Part shown: in pieces, positions 25,365-38,387 of the stretch | How the letters are laid out: every line of letters begins with the position of its first letter | Position numbering within the stretch: the stretch's first letter is position 1 | Assembly (NCBI GenBank): GCA_964187785.1 | Contig: OZ076411.1 | Location: 73,098,001-73,162,000, forward strand | DNA length: 64,000 nucleotides | Direction of reading: 5' to 3' | Source: Amphiscolops sp. MND2022 | Lineage: Eukaryota | The notes under the pieces: model-generated | The model's database searches: none | Told to the model about the DNA's origin: nothing | What the model saw: only the letters and a program-made list of their open reading frames with translations | Translations under genes and position numbers: made by a program

Positions 25365-25735
25365 TGGCTCAGCTCTTTTCTGTCCCCCCTCGCACCATCA
25401 ATTTTTTTGAAAAATTATTGAAAATATTATGAGAAAAAGACTTGATTATACGCCAGAGTGACAGTTTAGAATTTGGATATAAACTTTGTTCACACTATTT
25501 TCGCCTATGCATTCACGCATTCTTGACAAAGAAATCAACAATTTGAGGCTCAAAAACAATTAATACGAACATAATCAAAGTCAAATGTGTGAAAAATGTT
25601 TTGTTCAAATAAAAAACTATTCCAATAAAAGTTAACTTCCTGTTTTGAAAGAAGGATTCACTTTTAATTAGGCTACTCTGAAATTTCTACGTTTTGGGGA
25701 GGGAGAGGAGGAGGACAGAAAATAACCCAGAGCTC
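25365..25735. mobile_element. MITE-like element related to ~9855-10255
   Basis: Termini ctcttttctgtcccccc ... ggaggacagaaaata; internal gacagtttagaatt...aaactttgttcacacta shared in inverted orientation with ~10080-10140. Confidence 0.45.
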
Positions 25736-26289
25736 TGTAAATACATGTTAGTCTGGTTCATTGGGGCGACTACAGACGTCTAAGGGTGCCAGTGGTTCTT
25801 GAGGATCCCTGTAGTCTACGCTTGCGGCGACATTCGCATCCGGTGCCACCGTCAACTCATTCAACCCACCAGATATCTACCACTTGACTGTGGATCCAAA
25901 CACTTTAAAGAACCACCCGTACTGACAACCCAGGGAAATCCATCGGTGGCCATCGGTGAACCACCAATGGCCATCGGTGGGGGGAAATTAGCTAACGTGG
26001 AGGCTTTCCCACCGGTGGCCACCGGTGGTCCACAGATGGACCATCGGTGGAAAATTCGAAAATTTCGAAAGTGAAAATTTCGTTCAACATTTCTAGCAAC
26101 TGAATGTTGGTACACAAAATACCTTGAGACGATATTCGCAACCTTTATGCATCAAAGCCTAATAAAATGGGGAAATTATAAGGACCGGTTCTGAAGTATC
26201 TGTAAACCCTGTTTGCAGTTTCAAATCGTGTCCGAAAATCCTTTTACACTGGTTATTCAGTAAGCTTGAATCTTACTATAGTGATTTTT

Positions 26290-26476
26290 TTGGGTGATTT
26301 TAGATCTTTTTCTGGTGTTTTTCCAGTCATTTTAGATCTTATTCCGGTGTTCTTTGGGTGACTTAAGATCTTATTCCAGTGGTTCTTCGGTAATTTTAGA
26401 TCTTATTCTACTGGTTTTTCGGTAATTTTAGATCTTTTTCTGGTGTTTTTCCAGTCATTTTAGATCTTATTCCGGT
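26290..26476. repeat. 32-bp minisatellite, left portion
   Basis: Units like ttttagatcttattccagtggttcttcggtaa at 32-bp period. Confidence 0.85.
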
Positions 26477-26845
26477 TGTTGACTCGCCGAAGGTCTTCTT
26501 GATGGCGGACCAGCCTCTTCCAATTGGGATGAGACAAATTAGTTCTTAGGTACTTCAACTTGTGTCCTTGTGACAGGTTTCCTTTCCCTTGGGGAAATTC
26601 GAGAAGTCTTTTGTATCAAAAGTTTAATTATCCTTGATAAGGTTCGATTCTTTGATTGCAATTTGCAATATTTGACAATTCATTGATACTTGAGATCAAA
26701 AAAAGTGACCAAAATTAATGCGGGAATGACAAAAAAATGATATTTCACACCTAACAAGGTCTAGATATTTCTAGAAATAATTATTGCACATGCGTTTTGA
26801 AAGTTTACAAACTCAGTAAAGTATATTAAACGTGCATGTCGAACA
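26477..26845 (-). repeat. BEL/Pao LTR 1 (outer 3' LTR)
   Basis: tgttgactcgcc...catgtcgaaca, 369 bp; differs from LTR 4 by about 10 substitutions and 1 indel (by eye). Confidence 0.95.
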
Positions 26846-26860
26846 TACTGCCCACCTTGA
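26846..26860 (-). other. Polypurine tract of BEL/Pao copy 1
   Basis: Minus strand tcaaggtgggcagta directly precedes the LTR; repeated before LTRs 2 and 3. Confidence 0.7.
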
Positions 26861-26942
26861 TTTTACTAAGTAAAATCACTGAAATTGAAAGCATACATAA
26901 AATAAACAGGTTGAAAAATTTTTGGGAAGAATGAAAAGGCAA

Positions 26943-29900
26943 CTATTGCAGTGGAAGTTTTCTAAGTTTATGAACGGGTCTGCTGTAGGTTCCTATTGCG
27001 GTTTTCACTTTAACGACTCTGACAAATTTGTCAGGTCCACTGAAAACGTGCGTCACTTTTCCCAATGGCCATTGTAATGGGGGTACATTATTGTCGGTAA
27101 TATAGACAACATCGCCAACTTTCAATGGCTCAACTTCTAATTTCCATTTATTACTTTCTTGTAGTGTTGACACGTACTCCTTATTCCATCTTTTCCAAAA
27201 ATGGGTAAATAATATTTTGTATGAACGCCCATCTTTTTGGCAAGGATATCTTCGGAAGATCGTTCAAGTCTTTTGTTTCCTTCATGGGATACGATTCTAA
27301 CTGACTTCCCAAACACGAATGCGCCGGTGTAAGAATTATGTCACCCTTTACGTCATCAGATATAAAACTAATAGGTCTAGAATTGAGAATTTGCTCAATT
27401 TGACACAGAAATGTTGTGAATTCTTCAAATGTCAATTTGTGATTGCCCATTACAATTCTCAAGTGTCTTTTTGCACATTTTACGGCCGCTTCCCACAAGC
27501 CGCCAAAGTGGGGTGCTCGTGGTGGGATGAATTTCCACTTGATGTTCAAGCCAGCTGCTTTGGCTTGTAGTGAATCTTGATGTTCTGCCTTTAGGACTTC
27601 TTGAAGAATTTGGAGATCACTACTGGCTCCATTGAAATTTGTTCCGTTATCGGAATATATCACTGAAGGACAACCCCTTCTTGCAACAAAACGTCGGAAG
27701 GCTGCCACACATGCAGCTGTTATAAGATCAGACAGGGCTTCAATATGCACGGCCTTGCTGGCAAAACAAACAAAGATAGCCATATAAATCTTGGAAGTTT
27801 TCTGGTCCTTGCAACTGAATGGTCCAGCAAAGTCAATGCCAACATCAGTGAAAGCTCTGGTAGGAATGATACATCTTTCTTTGGGAAGATCACCCATCAA
27901 GGGAAGCGTAGGCGTAGCATGAAAACGACTGCATCCAACACAATATAAAATTGACTTGCGTACTTGATTCCGGCAGCTGGGAATCCAGAACTTCGTGCGA
28001 ATTTGAGCCATGGTTTGATTGACACCACCATGGAGTGTAACTGAATGAGCTTCGCCAATAATTAGACGTGAAAGTTCACTCTTCTCCGGAACTATTCGCG
28101 GATACTTTGCTTCATCCGGAAGGTCAGCATTCGCTAAACGACCTGCAACGCATAAAATTCCTTCGCATAACAAGGGGTAAAACCTTAATAGAGAATTTGA
28201 TTTTTTAACTTGGGGTTGAGTAAGAAGTGTTTTTCTTTCATCGTGATAAAATTTTTCTTGCTCTTGCCTAAGCAAGACTTTCAAGGCATCTGACTTTTCT
28301 TCAGTCGACAGATACTCCGTGACGAATCTTTTTCTTTTTCTAGCCTCATCACAAAATCGCTTTACCCATGCAACAATTCGTATTGTCTTTTTGAGACAAT
28401 TTTGAGATGAAAGATCGATAATGTCATTGTCTTCTGTACGAGTGGAAAGAAAGGTCTTCACTTCTGTTTGTTTCTTTAATTCTTCTGTAGTATCTTCCAC
28501 TTCATATTGTTTTGGAAATTTTCCAGTTAGAAAGAATGATGGTCCATTCCACCACAGTGCACATGTTTTCAAAAGCGATGGATCGAGTCCCCTAGAAGCG
28601 GGATCTGCAGGGTTTTCCTTCGTAGGGACATGTCGCCAAGTCAATGAACATTCCTGTTTTTTTGAAACGCGGTTAGCTACAAAGGTTGACCAATGACTTG
28701 GTTCACATGCAAGCCAATTCAAAACAATTGTGGAATCAGTCCAAGCATGCTTTTCACAGATCGTCAAATGCATTCTTGAAAGTGCATCTTCAACCGATTG
28801 TAAAAGTTGAGCTCCAAGGAGAGCGGCGCACAATTCCAATCTTGGAATTGATTGAGTTTTTATGGGAGCAACCTTTGCCTTTGCAACGAGTAGGTTACTT
28901 TTACTGCGTTTACTCCCGCCATCGTCGGCCGTAGAGACGACATAAATACAAGCAGCATAACCGAGCTCAGAAGCGTCACAAAACAAATGCAAAGCGATAG
29001 GATCCGACTGATTTTTACACAATACAAATCGATTTATTTTCAACTCCTTCAAAAGATTCAACTTTCAACGCCAGGAAGAATAAGATTCGAAAATCTCCTC
29101 TGGTAATTGGTCATCCCAACTTAACTTCAGTTGCCATACTTGCTGCATTAGCTGCTTTAATTTCATGATTGTCGGTGAGAGCCATCCAAGTGGATCAAAT
29201 GTCTTTGCCATGTCGCTCAACATTTCTCGCTTTGTTAAGTTTTTCAGCTGAAGATCTTCTTGAAGATGTGCAACCTTGAATTGGAAAGCATCTGAAGTGG
29301 GATTCCAAACAATTCCGAGCGTCTTGATTGTGTGTGAGGTATCTAAAATCTTTAGGTCTTCACCAGCTTCTCTGAGTTCGATGGGAAGATCTAGAACTAT
29401 GGAAGAGTCACTAGAAGTCCATTTCCTTAAATCAAATTGCGCTTGCTTCAAAGTAGAATAAAGATCCTCTTGAAGCGCTTTTGCTTCTTCGACGGAAGGC
29501 GCTCCAGTGTGTATATCATCTACATAAAAGTCTCGTTCGATAACTTCTTTTACTTCACATGAGACATCTTTGAATTTTCCACATTCAAGTAATGACCGAA
29601 TGGAATGATAGGCAGAGCTTCCAATTCCATATGTCACTCGAGTCATTCTATAAGTTTCAATTCTACTTGCACGTTCGAAACGCCAAAAAATTCGATGGAA
29701 ATCACGATCCTTTATCTGAAGCTCAACTTGACGATACATCTTGGCTACGTCAGCACTCAATGCTACCTTAAAAAATCTAAATCGGAGAAGGATATCGAAT
29801 ATGTCATCCTGTAACTTTGGACCGACCATTAGGCAGTCATTTAGTGACATTCCTGATGAAGACTTTGCGCTAGCATCAAAGACAACGCGTAATTTTGTTG

Positions 29901-32135
29901 TAGTACTATCTAGTTTATGTACACAATGATGAAGCAAGTAGAAATTTTGTGGATTTTCAAGATCTTCACTTGGTACTTTTTCCAAGTGTCCCAGATCCAA
30001 AAATTCCTGAGTAAAATCAGCATACTTTTTATGAGTTCTGGATTAGCATGTAGCTTACGCTCTAGATTGAGGTAACGTCTCATTGCAGTAGCTTTACTCA
30101 GACCTAATCTGGAATTTTCTTTGAAGGGCATTTGGACAACAAATCGCCCGTTTTCATTTCTTCTAGTTGTGTCGTAATGCTTTTCACACAATTTCTCTTC
30201 GGTAGTTAAATGTTTTTTGTGTGGAATATTTTCCAGCTCCCAAAATTTTGCGAGAATTGCATCAGTGTTATCGGAGAGTGTCACGTGATTTGCACAGATG
30301 GACTCTGTAGCATTAGCGTTGATGGGACCAGACACAATCCAACCAAACAAAAACTCTTTAATGTGAAGTCCGTTGTCCTTTATTCGATTGTCCAACATGA
30401 CATCCTCAATGACGTCTGCTCCTAACAGAATGTCAATTTTTCCAGGAACATTGAATTGTGGATCTGCCAATTGCAGATTGTGAATGTCTTAGTTGAGAAA
30501 CGTCTATTTCTTGTGAGGGAATGGCGTTGGTAATTTTAGGAATTACATGTAAATTGATGTCAAGAACGTCATTGAGTTTTGCTGACATGAATCCTAAAGC
30601 CTTTTGAGACTTGGTGGATCCCACTGTTGATATCGTTATTTTTGATCGGTGAATGCGCAACATTAGAGCCTTTGCCATTGATTCAGTAATGAAGCTGGCT
30701 TATGAGCCTGAATCGAGCAATGCGCGTAATTGAATGTTACGACCACGTTGATCCTTGATTGATACTATTGCAGTTGATAACAACACGCTATTGACGTTTC
30801 TATCGGTGCTTGTCAATCCCAAAACTTGCTGATTTTGACAAACAATTGAAGACTGTTCTTGATTTGTGGAAGGGGAGGAATGGTTAGCTATGCTGTTATT
30901 AACAGAAACTCCTTGGCTGGATGTCAACGGTGACTTAGGGCGATGAAGCAACGTATGATGCTTCATCATACATTCTTGACAAGTGAATTTTGAAGAACAT
31001 TCTTTCGCACTGTGTCCCGGCTGTAGGCAATTAAAACAAACTCGCCTTGATTTTGCAAGATTTAGTCGATCCTTAAGTTGCATACGCTTAAATTCAGGAC
31101 ACAAATGCAGTTTGTGTTTTTCATTACAACGATCAGAACAGGAAACAGAGTATGATTGCACTCGCTTTTCAAACTGCTGGGGAGGTGTAGTATTTTGTTG
31201 TGCAGGCCTTGTACAAGTAACCTCCAATGCACGGCTTCGCGTGTCTAAAAAGTTCGACAATTCTTTCCATGTTACCAGTTTTGTTCCTGGATAGGCCAAT
31301 TGCCATTGTTTCTTTGATTCGCTATCCACTTTTTCGGAAATCCAGAATACCAACAGAGTGTCCCAATGCTCGACTGGTTGTTGTAGTTCGCTCAAGGCTC
31401 GCAAATGCTCATTTAGGGTTTCAAGCAGTTTTCTGAGACCAGAGGCTGATTCAACTTTCAAAACTTGTTGCGACCAAAGGGCTTTGAGATGTGCATTTAC
31501 AATGCTCCTTTCATTTTCATAACGGTCTCGCAACATAGCATTGCGATTCCATAGTTGTAATCAGTTATTGAAAACGAACTGATCAGTTTTGCTGCATCAC
31601 CTTTGACACAGGCCTTTAAATAATTCAATTTGTCACAGTTGGTTAATTGAGTGTTCGAATCCACTGCTGCCTTGAACAAATCAAAAAACGAAGTCCATTC
31701 AGTATATGAACCTGTGAATGTAGGTAGTTGAAGTTTCGGAAGTTTCAATTTGCTGCTCAGCACACCGCTTGAGGAGTCTTGATTGCTTGAAACTGCTTGA
31801 CCTTGACGCTTGTAATTGTTGATTAGAGCTTCTAATCTAGCGATTGCAATACTGGCATTGTGCTGAAATTCAGTTGCACTTTCCATATCTTGCGACAATT
31901 CTAATTCATTGTCCAACAAAAGTTCAATTTTCGCATCCCATTGATGCACAACTCGCGCCTTTTGGTTGAGTGTAGCTAACAACGCTTCTGCCTCGTAAAA
32001 ACGTTGGTCATTTGAAATTGGATTTTGAATAAACTGATCGATTTTCATTTCCATTTTAGTAAAGGCAGCCTTGTGGCCGCCTCTAATGCGAATAAGTTTT
32101 TTGACATCATGCACTGGCTGTGTTTCTTGAGCCAT
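26943..32135 (-). pseudogene. BEL/Pao gag-pol, copy 1 (several frameshifts and stops)
   Basis: ORF pieces 31497-32135, 30700-31536, 30433-30678, 29910-30470, 29065-30000, 27181-29061, 26943-27173. Confidence 0.95.
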
Positions 32136-32268
32136 GACTGTGTGAAATCTTTAGAATATTGACAAAAATCAAGTGATTAATTCAATGGTGAATTCAGAAA
32201 GGCCACCGACAAAACAAAGTCTAGAGTCCAAACCAAAAACACCAAAGAATCAAATACAAATGATTACT

Positions 32269-32979
32269 TTAAACTTGAAGAATCTGATTCTGATTCTGCC
32301 TTTTCTTCAAAAGACGCTTCTTCTTAGATAGTCTTTTTGTCTTTCGTCTAGTATTCTGCGAAAGAGCTTTCAACTTTGATGATTGCTGTAGGATAATGTT
32401 CAGTGATTTTAATTCCAAAACTGTTGGTGGGTGTATTTCTGAATATTGTGATATTAATTTTTGACTTTGCTGCTTTCGTGGTGATATCAAGTTTTTGGTT
32501 ACTCTGATGACTAGAAAACCAGCCTGTTTGAGCGGCTCAAATTAATTTGGACCTCCAAAACGATAACATTAGACAATAGCCGAAATTCGTTCTTTATAAC
32601 ACAGCAATTGTTTAATAAGCTGTTCAATCGTCAGGGGGATAAAATTGTTTCTCTTGTGACTTGTAACAGAATTATTGAGCAAATCGTGCCACAAAACCAA
32701 TTTACTCCTATTCTTCAGGGACCCCCTTTCCAATAAAAAAGGCAAATTGATGGATAATCTGTTTAAAGACAAAGAAGAAATGGCTGTAATACTCTTTTTT
32801 AAGCTATGTGGCTGTGAATTAATTGCCCTTTTCAATGAGCTTGCTCCAATAATATACATGAGTTGGAACGAACTAACAGATTTTGAAGAAATTCCAGGTT
32901 CCTTGTTTTGTCCGGGTCGGCTGAGGACCAAATGTTGACTCGCCGAAGGTCTTCTTGATGGCGGACCAGCCTCTTCCAA
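32269..32979 (-). pseudogene. Extra upstream ORF of the BEL/Pao element, copy 1 (disrupted)
   Basis: Homologous to 43029-43751 but with two TAA stops and a 12-bp deletion between gttta direct repeats. Confidence 0.8.
32914..32930 (-). other. Primer-binding site (tRNA-Tyr-like)
   Basis: tggtcctcagccg two bases after the LTR end, resembling the TGGTCCTTCGAGCCG tRNA-Tyr PBS common in BEL/Pao elements; same after LTR 3, mutated (ttg) after LTR 4. Confidence 0.6.
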
Positions 32980-33302
32980 TTGGGATGAGACAAATTAGTT
33001 CTTAGGTACTTCAACTTGTGTCCTTGTGACAGGTTTCCTTTCACTTGGGGAAATTCGAGATGTCTTTTGTATCAAAAGTTTAATTATCCTTGATAAGCGT
33101 CGATTCTTTGATTGCAATTTGCAATAATTGACAATTCATTGATACTTGAGATCAAAAAAAGTGAACAAAAGTAATGCGGGAATGACAAAAAAAATGATAT
33201 TTCACACCTAACAAGGTCTAGATTTATCTAGAAATAATTACTGCACATGCGTTTTGAAAGTTTACAAACTCAGTAAAATATATTAAACATGCATGTCGAA
33301 CA
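32933..33302 (-). repeat. BEL/Pao LTR 2 (shared internal LTR)
   Basis: PPT on one side and PBS on the other; no TSD. Confidence 0.95.
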
Positions 33303-33399
33303 TACTGCCCACCTTGATTTTACTAAGTAAAATCAATGAAATTGAAAGCATACAGAAAATAAACAGGTTGAAAAATTTTTGGGAAGAATGAAAAGGCAA

Positions 33400-36300
33400 C
33401 TATTGCAGTGGAAGTTTTCTAAGTTTATGAACGGGTCTGCTGTAGGTTCCTGTTGCGGTTTTCACTTTAACGACTCTGACAAATTTGTCAGGTCCACTGA
33501 AAACGTGCGTCACTTTTCCCAATGGCCATTGTAATGGCGGTACATTATCGTCGGTAATATAGACAACATCGCCAACTTTCAATGGCTCAACTTCTAATTT
33601 CCATTTATTACTTTCTTGTAGTGTTGACACGTACTCCTTATTCCATCTTTTCCAAAAATGGGTAAATAATATTTTGTATGAACGCCCATCTTTTTGGCAA
33701 GGATATCTTCGGAAGATCGTTCAAGTCTTTTGTTTCCTTCATGGGATACGATTCTAACTGACTTCCCAAACACGAATGCGCCGGTGTAAGAATTATGTCA
33801 TCCTTTACGTCATCAGATATAAAACTAATAAGTCTAGAATTGAGAATTTGCTCAATTTGACACAGAATTGTTGTGAGTTCTTCAAATGTCAATTTGTGAT
33901 TGCCCATTACAATTCTCAAGTGTCTTTTTGCACATTTTACGGCCGCTTCCCACAAGCCGCCAAAGTGGGGTGCTCGTGGTGGGATGAATTTCCACTTGAT
34001 GTTCAAGCCAGCTGCTTTGGCTTGTAGTGAATCTTGATGTTCTGCCTTTAGGACTTGTAGAAGAATTTGGAGATCACTACTGGCTCCATTGAAATTTGTT
34101 CCGTTATCGGAATATATCACTGAAGGACAACCCCTTCTTGCAACAAAACGTCGGAAGGCTGCCACACATGCAGATGTTATAAGATCAGACACGGCTTCAA
34201 TATGCACGGCCTTGCTGGCAAAACAAACAAAGATAGTCATATAAATCTTGGAAGTTTTCTGGTCCTTGCAACTGAATGTCCAGCAAAGTCAAAGCCAACA
34301 TCAGTGAAAGATCTGGTAGGAATGTTACATCTTTCTTTGGGAAGATCACCCATCAAGGGAAGCGTAGGCGTAGCATGAAAACGACTGCATCCAACACAAT
34401 ATAAAATTAACTTGCGTACTTGATTCCGGCAGCTGGGAATCCAGAACTTCGTGCGAATTTGAGCCATGGTTTGATTGACACCACCATAGAGTGTAACTGA
34501 ATGAGCATCGCCAATAATTAGACGTGAAAGTTCACTCTTCTCCGGAACTATTCGCGGATATTTTGCTTCATCCGGAAGGTCAGCATTCGCTAAACGACCT
34601 CCAACGCATAAAATTCCTTCGAATAACAAGGGGTAAAACCTTAATAGAGAACTTGTTTTTTTAACTTGGGGTTGAGTAAGAAGTGTTTTTCTTTCATCGT
34701 GATAAAATTTTTCTGGCTCTTGCCTAAGCAAGACTTTCAAGGCATCTGACTTTTCTTCAGTCGACAGATACTCCGTGACCAATCTTTTTCTTTTTCTAGC
34801 CTCATCACAAAATCGCTTTACCCATGCAACAATTCCTATTGTCTTTTTGAGACAATTTTGAGATGAAAGATCGATAATGTCATTGTCTTCTGTACGAGTG
34901 GAAAGAAAGGTCTTCACTTCTGTTTGTTTCTTTAATTCTTCTGTAGTATCTTCCACTTCATATTGTTTTGGAAATTTTCCAGTTAGAAAGAATGATGGTC
35001 CATTCCACCACAGTGCACATGTTTTCAAAAGCGATGGATCGAGTCCCCTAGAAGCGGGATCTGCAGGGTTTTCCTTCGTAGGGACATGTCGCCAAGTCAA
35101 TGAACATTCCTGTTTTTTTGAAACGCGGTTAGCTACAAAGGTTGACCAATGACTTGGTTCACATGCAAGCCAATTCAAAACAATTGTGGAATCAGTCCCA
35201 GCATGCTTTTCACAGATCGTCAAATGCATTCTTGAAAGTGCATCTTCAACCGATTGTAAAAGTTGAGCTCCAAGGAGAGCGGCGCACAATTCCAATCTTG
35301 GAATTGATTGAGTTTTTATGGGAGCAACCTTTGCCTTTGCAACGAGTAGGTTACTTTTACTGCGTTTACTCCCGCCATCGTCGGCCGTAGAGACGACATA
35401 AATACAAGCAGCATAACCGAGCTCAGAAGCGGCACAAAACAAATGCAAAGCGATAGGATCCGACTGATTTTTACACAATACAAATCGATTTATTTTCAAC
35501 TCCTTCAAAAGATTCAACTTTAAACGCCAGGAAGAATAAGATTCGAAAATCTCCTCTAGTAATTGGTCATCCCAACTTAACTTCAGTTGCCATACTTGCT
35601 GCATTAGCTGCTTCAATTTCATGATTGTCGGTGAGAGCCAACCAAGTGGATCAAATGTCTTTGCCATGTCGCTCAACATTTCTCGCTTTGTTAAGTTTTT
35701 CAGCTGAAGATCTTCTTGAAGATGTGCAACCTTGAATTGGAAAGCATCTGAAGTGGGATTCCAAACAATTCCGAGCGTCTTGATTGTGTGTGAGGTATCT
35801 AAAATCTTTAGGTCTTCACCAGCTTCTCTGAGTTCGATGGGAAGATCTAGAACTATGGAAGAGTCACTAGAAGTCCATTTCCTTAAATCAAATTGCGCTT
35901 GCTTCAAAGTAGAATAAAGTTCCTTTTGAAGCGCTTTTGCTTCTTCGACGGAAGGCGCACTTCTTTTACTTCACATGAGACATCTTTGAATTTTCCACAT
36001 TCAAGTAATGACCGAATGGAATGATAGGCAGAGCTTCCAATTCCATATGTCACTCGAGTCATTCTATAAGTTTCAATTCTACTTCCACGTTCGAAACGCC
36101 AAAAAATTCGATGGAAATCACTATCCTTTATCTGAAGCTCAACTTGACGATACATCTTGGCTACGTCAGCACTCAATGCTACCATAAAAAATCTAAATCG
36201 GAGAAGGATATCGAATATGTCATCCTGTAACTTTGGACCGACCATTAGGCAGTCATTTAGTGACATTCCTGATGAAGACTTTGCGCTAGCATCAAAGACA

Positions 36301-38387
36301 ACGCGTAATTTTGTTGTAGTACTATCTAGTTTATGTACACAATGATGAGGCAAGTAGAAATTTTGTGGATTTTCAAGATCTTCACTTGGTACCTTTTCCA
36401 AGTGTCCCAGATCCAAAAATTCCTGACTAAAATCAGCATACTTTGAATGAAGTTCTGGATTAGCATGTAGCTTACGCTCTATATTGAGGTAACGTCTCAT
36501 TGCAGTAGCTTTACTCAGACCTAATCTGGAATTTTCTTTGAAGGGCATTTGGACAACAAATCGCCCGTTTTCATTTCTTCTAGTTGTGTCGTAATGCTTT
36601 TCACACAATTTCTCTTCGGTAGTTAAATGTTTTTTGTGTGGAATATTTTCCAGCTCCCAAAATTTTGCGAGAATTGCATCAGTGTTATCGGAGAGTGTCA
36701 CGTGATTTGCACAGATGGACTCTGTAGCATTAGCGTTGATGGGACCAGACACAATCCAACCAAACAAAGACTCTTTAATGTGAAGTCCGTTGTCCTTTAT
36801 TCGATTGTCCAACATGACATCCTCAATGACGTCTGCTCCTAAGAGAATGTCAATTTTTCCAGGAACATTGAATTGTGGATCTGCCAATTGCAGATTGTGA
36901 ATATGTCTTAGTTGAGAAACGTCTATTTCTTGTGAGGGAATGGCGTTGGTAATTTTAATAATTACATGTAAATTGATGTCAAGAACGTCATTGAGTTTTG
37001 CTGACATGAATCCTAAAGCTTTTTGAGACTTGGTGGATCCCAGTGTTGATATCGTTGTTTTTGATCGGTGTATGCGCAACATTAGAGCCTTTGCCATTGA
37101 TTCAGTAATGAAGCTGGCTTGTGAGCCTGAATCGAGCAATGCGCGTAATTGAATGTTACGACCACGTTGATCCTTGATTGATACTATTGCAGTTGATAAC
37201 AACACGCTATTGACGTTTCTATCGGTGCTTGTCAATCCCAAAACTTGCTGATTTTGACAAACAATTGAAGACTGTTCTTGATTTGTGGAAGGGGAGGAAT
37301 GGTTAGCTATGCTGTTATTAACAGAAACTCCTTGGCTGGATGTCAACGGTGACTTAGGGCGATGAAGCAACGTATGATGCTTCATCATACATTCTCGACA
37401 AATGAATTTTGAAGAACATTCATTCGCACTGTGTCCCGGCTGTAGGCAATTAAAACAAACTCGCCTTGATTTTGCAAGATTTAGTCGATCCTTAAGTTGC
37501 ATACGCCTAAATTCAGGACACAAATGCAGTTTGTGTTTTTCATTACAACGATCAGAACAGGAAACAGAGTATGATTGCACTCGCTTTTCAAACTGCTGGG
37601 GAGGTGTAGTAGTTTGTTGTGCAGGCCTTGTACAAGTAACCTCCAATGCACGGCTTCGCGTGTTTAAAAAGTTCGACAATTCTTTCCATGTTACCAGTTT
37701 TGTTCCTGGATAGGCCAATTGCCATTGTTTCTTTGATTCGCTATCCATTTTTTCGGAAATCCAGAATACCAACAGAGTGTCCCAATGCTCGATTGGTTGT
37801 TGTAGTTCGCTCAAGGCTCGCAAATGCTCATTTGTGGTTTCAAGAAGTTTTCTGAGACCAGAGGCTGATTCAACTTTCAAAACTTGTTGCGACCAGAGGG
37901 CTTTGAGATGTGCATTTACAATGCTCATTTCATTTTCATAACGGTCTCGCAACATAGTCATTGCGATTCCATAGTTGTAATCAGTTATTGAAAACGAACT
38001 GATCAGTTTTGCTGCATCACCTTTGACACAGGCCTTTAAATAATTCAATTTCTCACAGATGGTTAATTGAGTGTTCGAATCCACTGCTGCCTTGAACAAA
38101 TCAAAAAACGAAGTCCATTCAGTATATGAACCTGTGAATGTAGGTAGTTGAAGTTTCGGAAGTTTCAATTTGCTGCTCAGCACACTGCTTGAGGAGCCTT
38201 GATTGCTTGAAACTGCTTGACCTTGACGCTTGTAATTGTTGATTAGAGCTTCTAATCTAGCGATTGCAATACTGGCATTGTGCTGAAATTCAGTTGCACT
38301 TTCCATATCTTGCGACAATTCTAATTCATTGTCCAACAAAAGTTCAATTTGCGCATCCCATTGATGCACAACTCGCGCCTTTTGATT
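33400..38387 (-). pseudogene. BEL/Pao gag-pol, copy 2 (5'-truncated, YVDD deleted)
   Basis: ORF pieces 35904-38369, 34237-35907, 33638-34240, 33400-33630. Confidence 0.95.

Noticed and set aside
26290-26476. CRISPR-like appearance of the 32-bp units (also the 46-bp units at 63893)
   Set aside because: Units are directly adjacent with no unique spacers, there are no cas genes, and the context is eukaryotic.
26846-26943. env gene in the BEL/Pao element
   Set aside because: Under 100 bp between the integrase stop and the LTR; the extra ORF is 5' and has no clear transmembrane segment.
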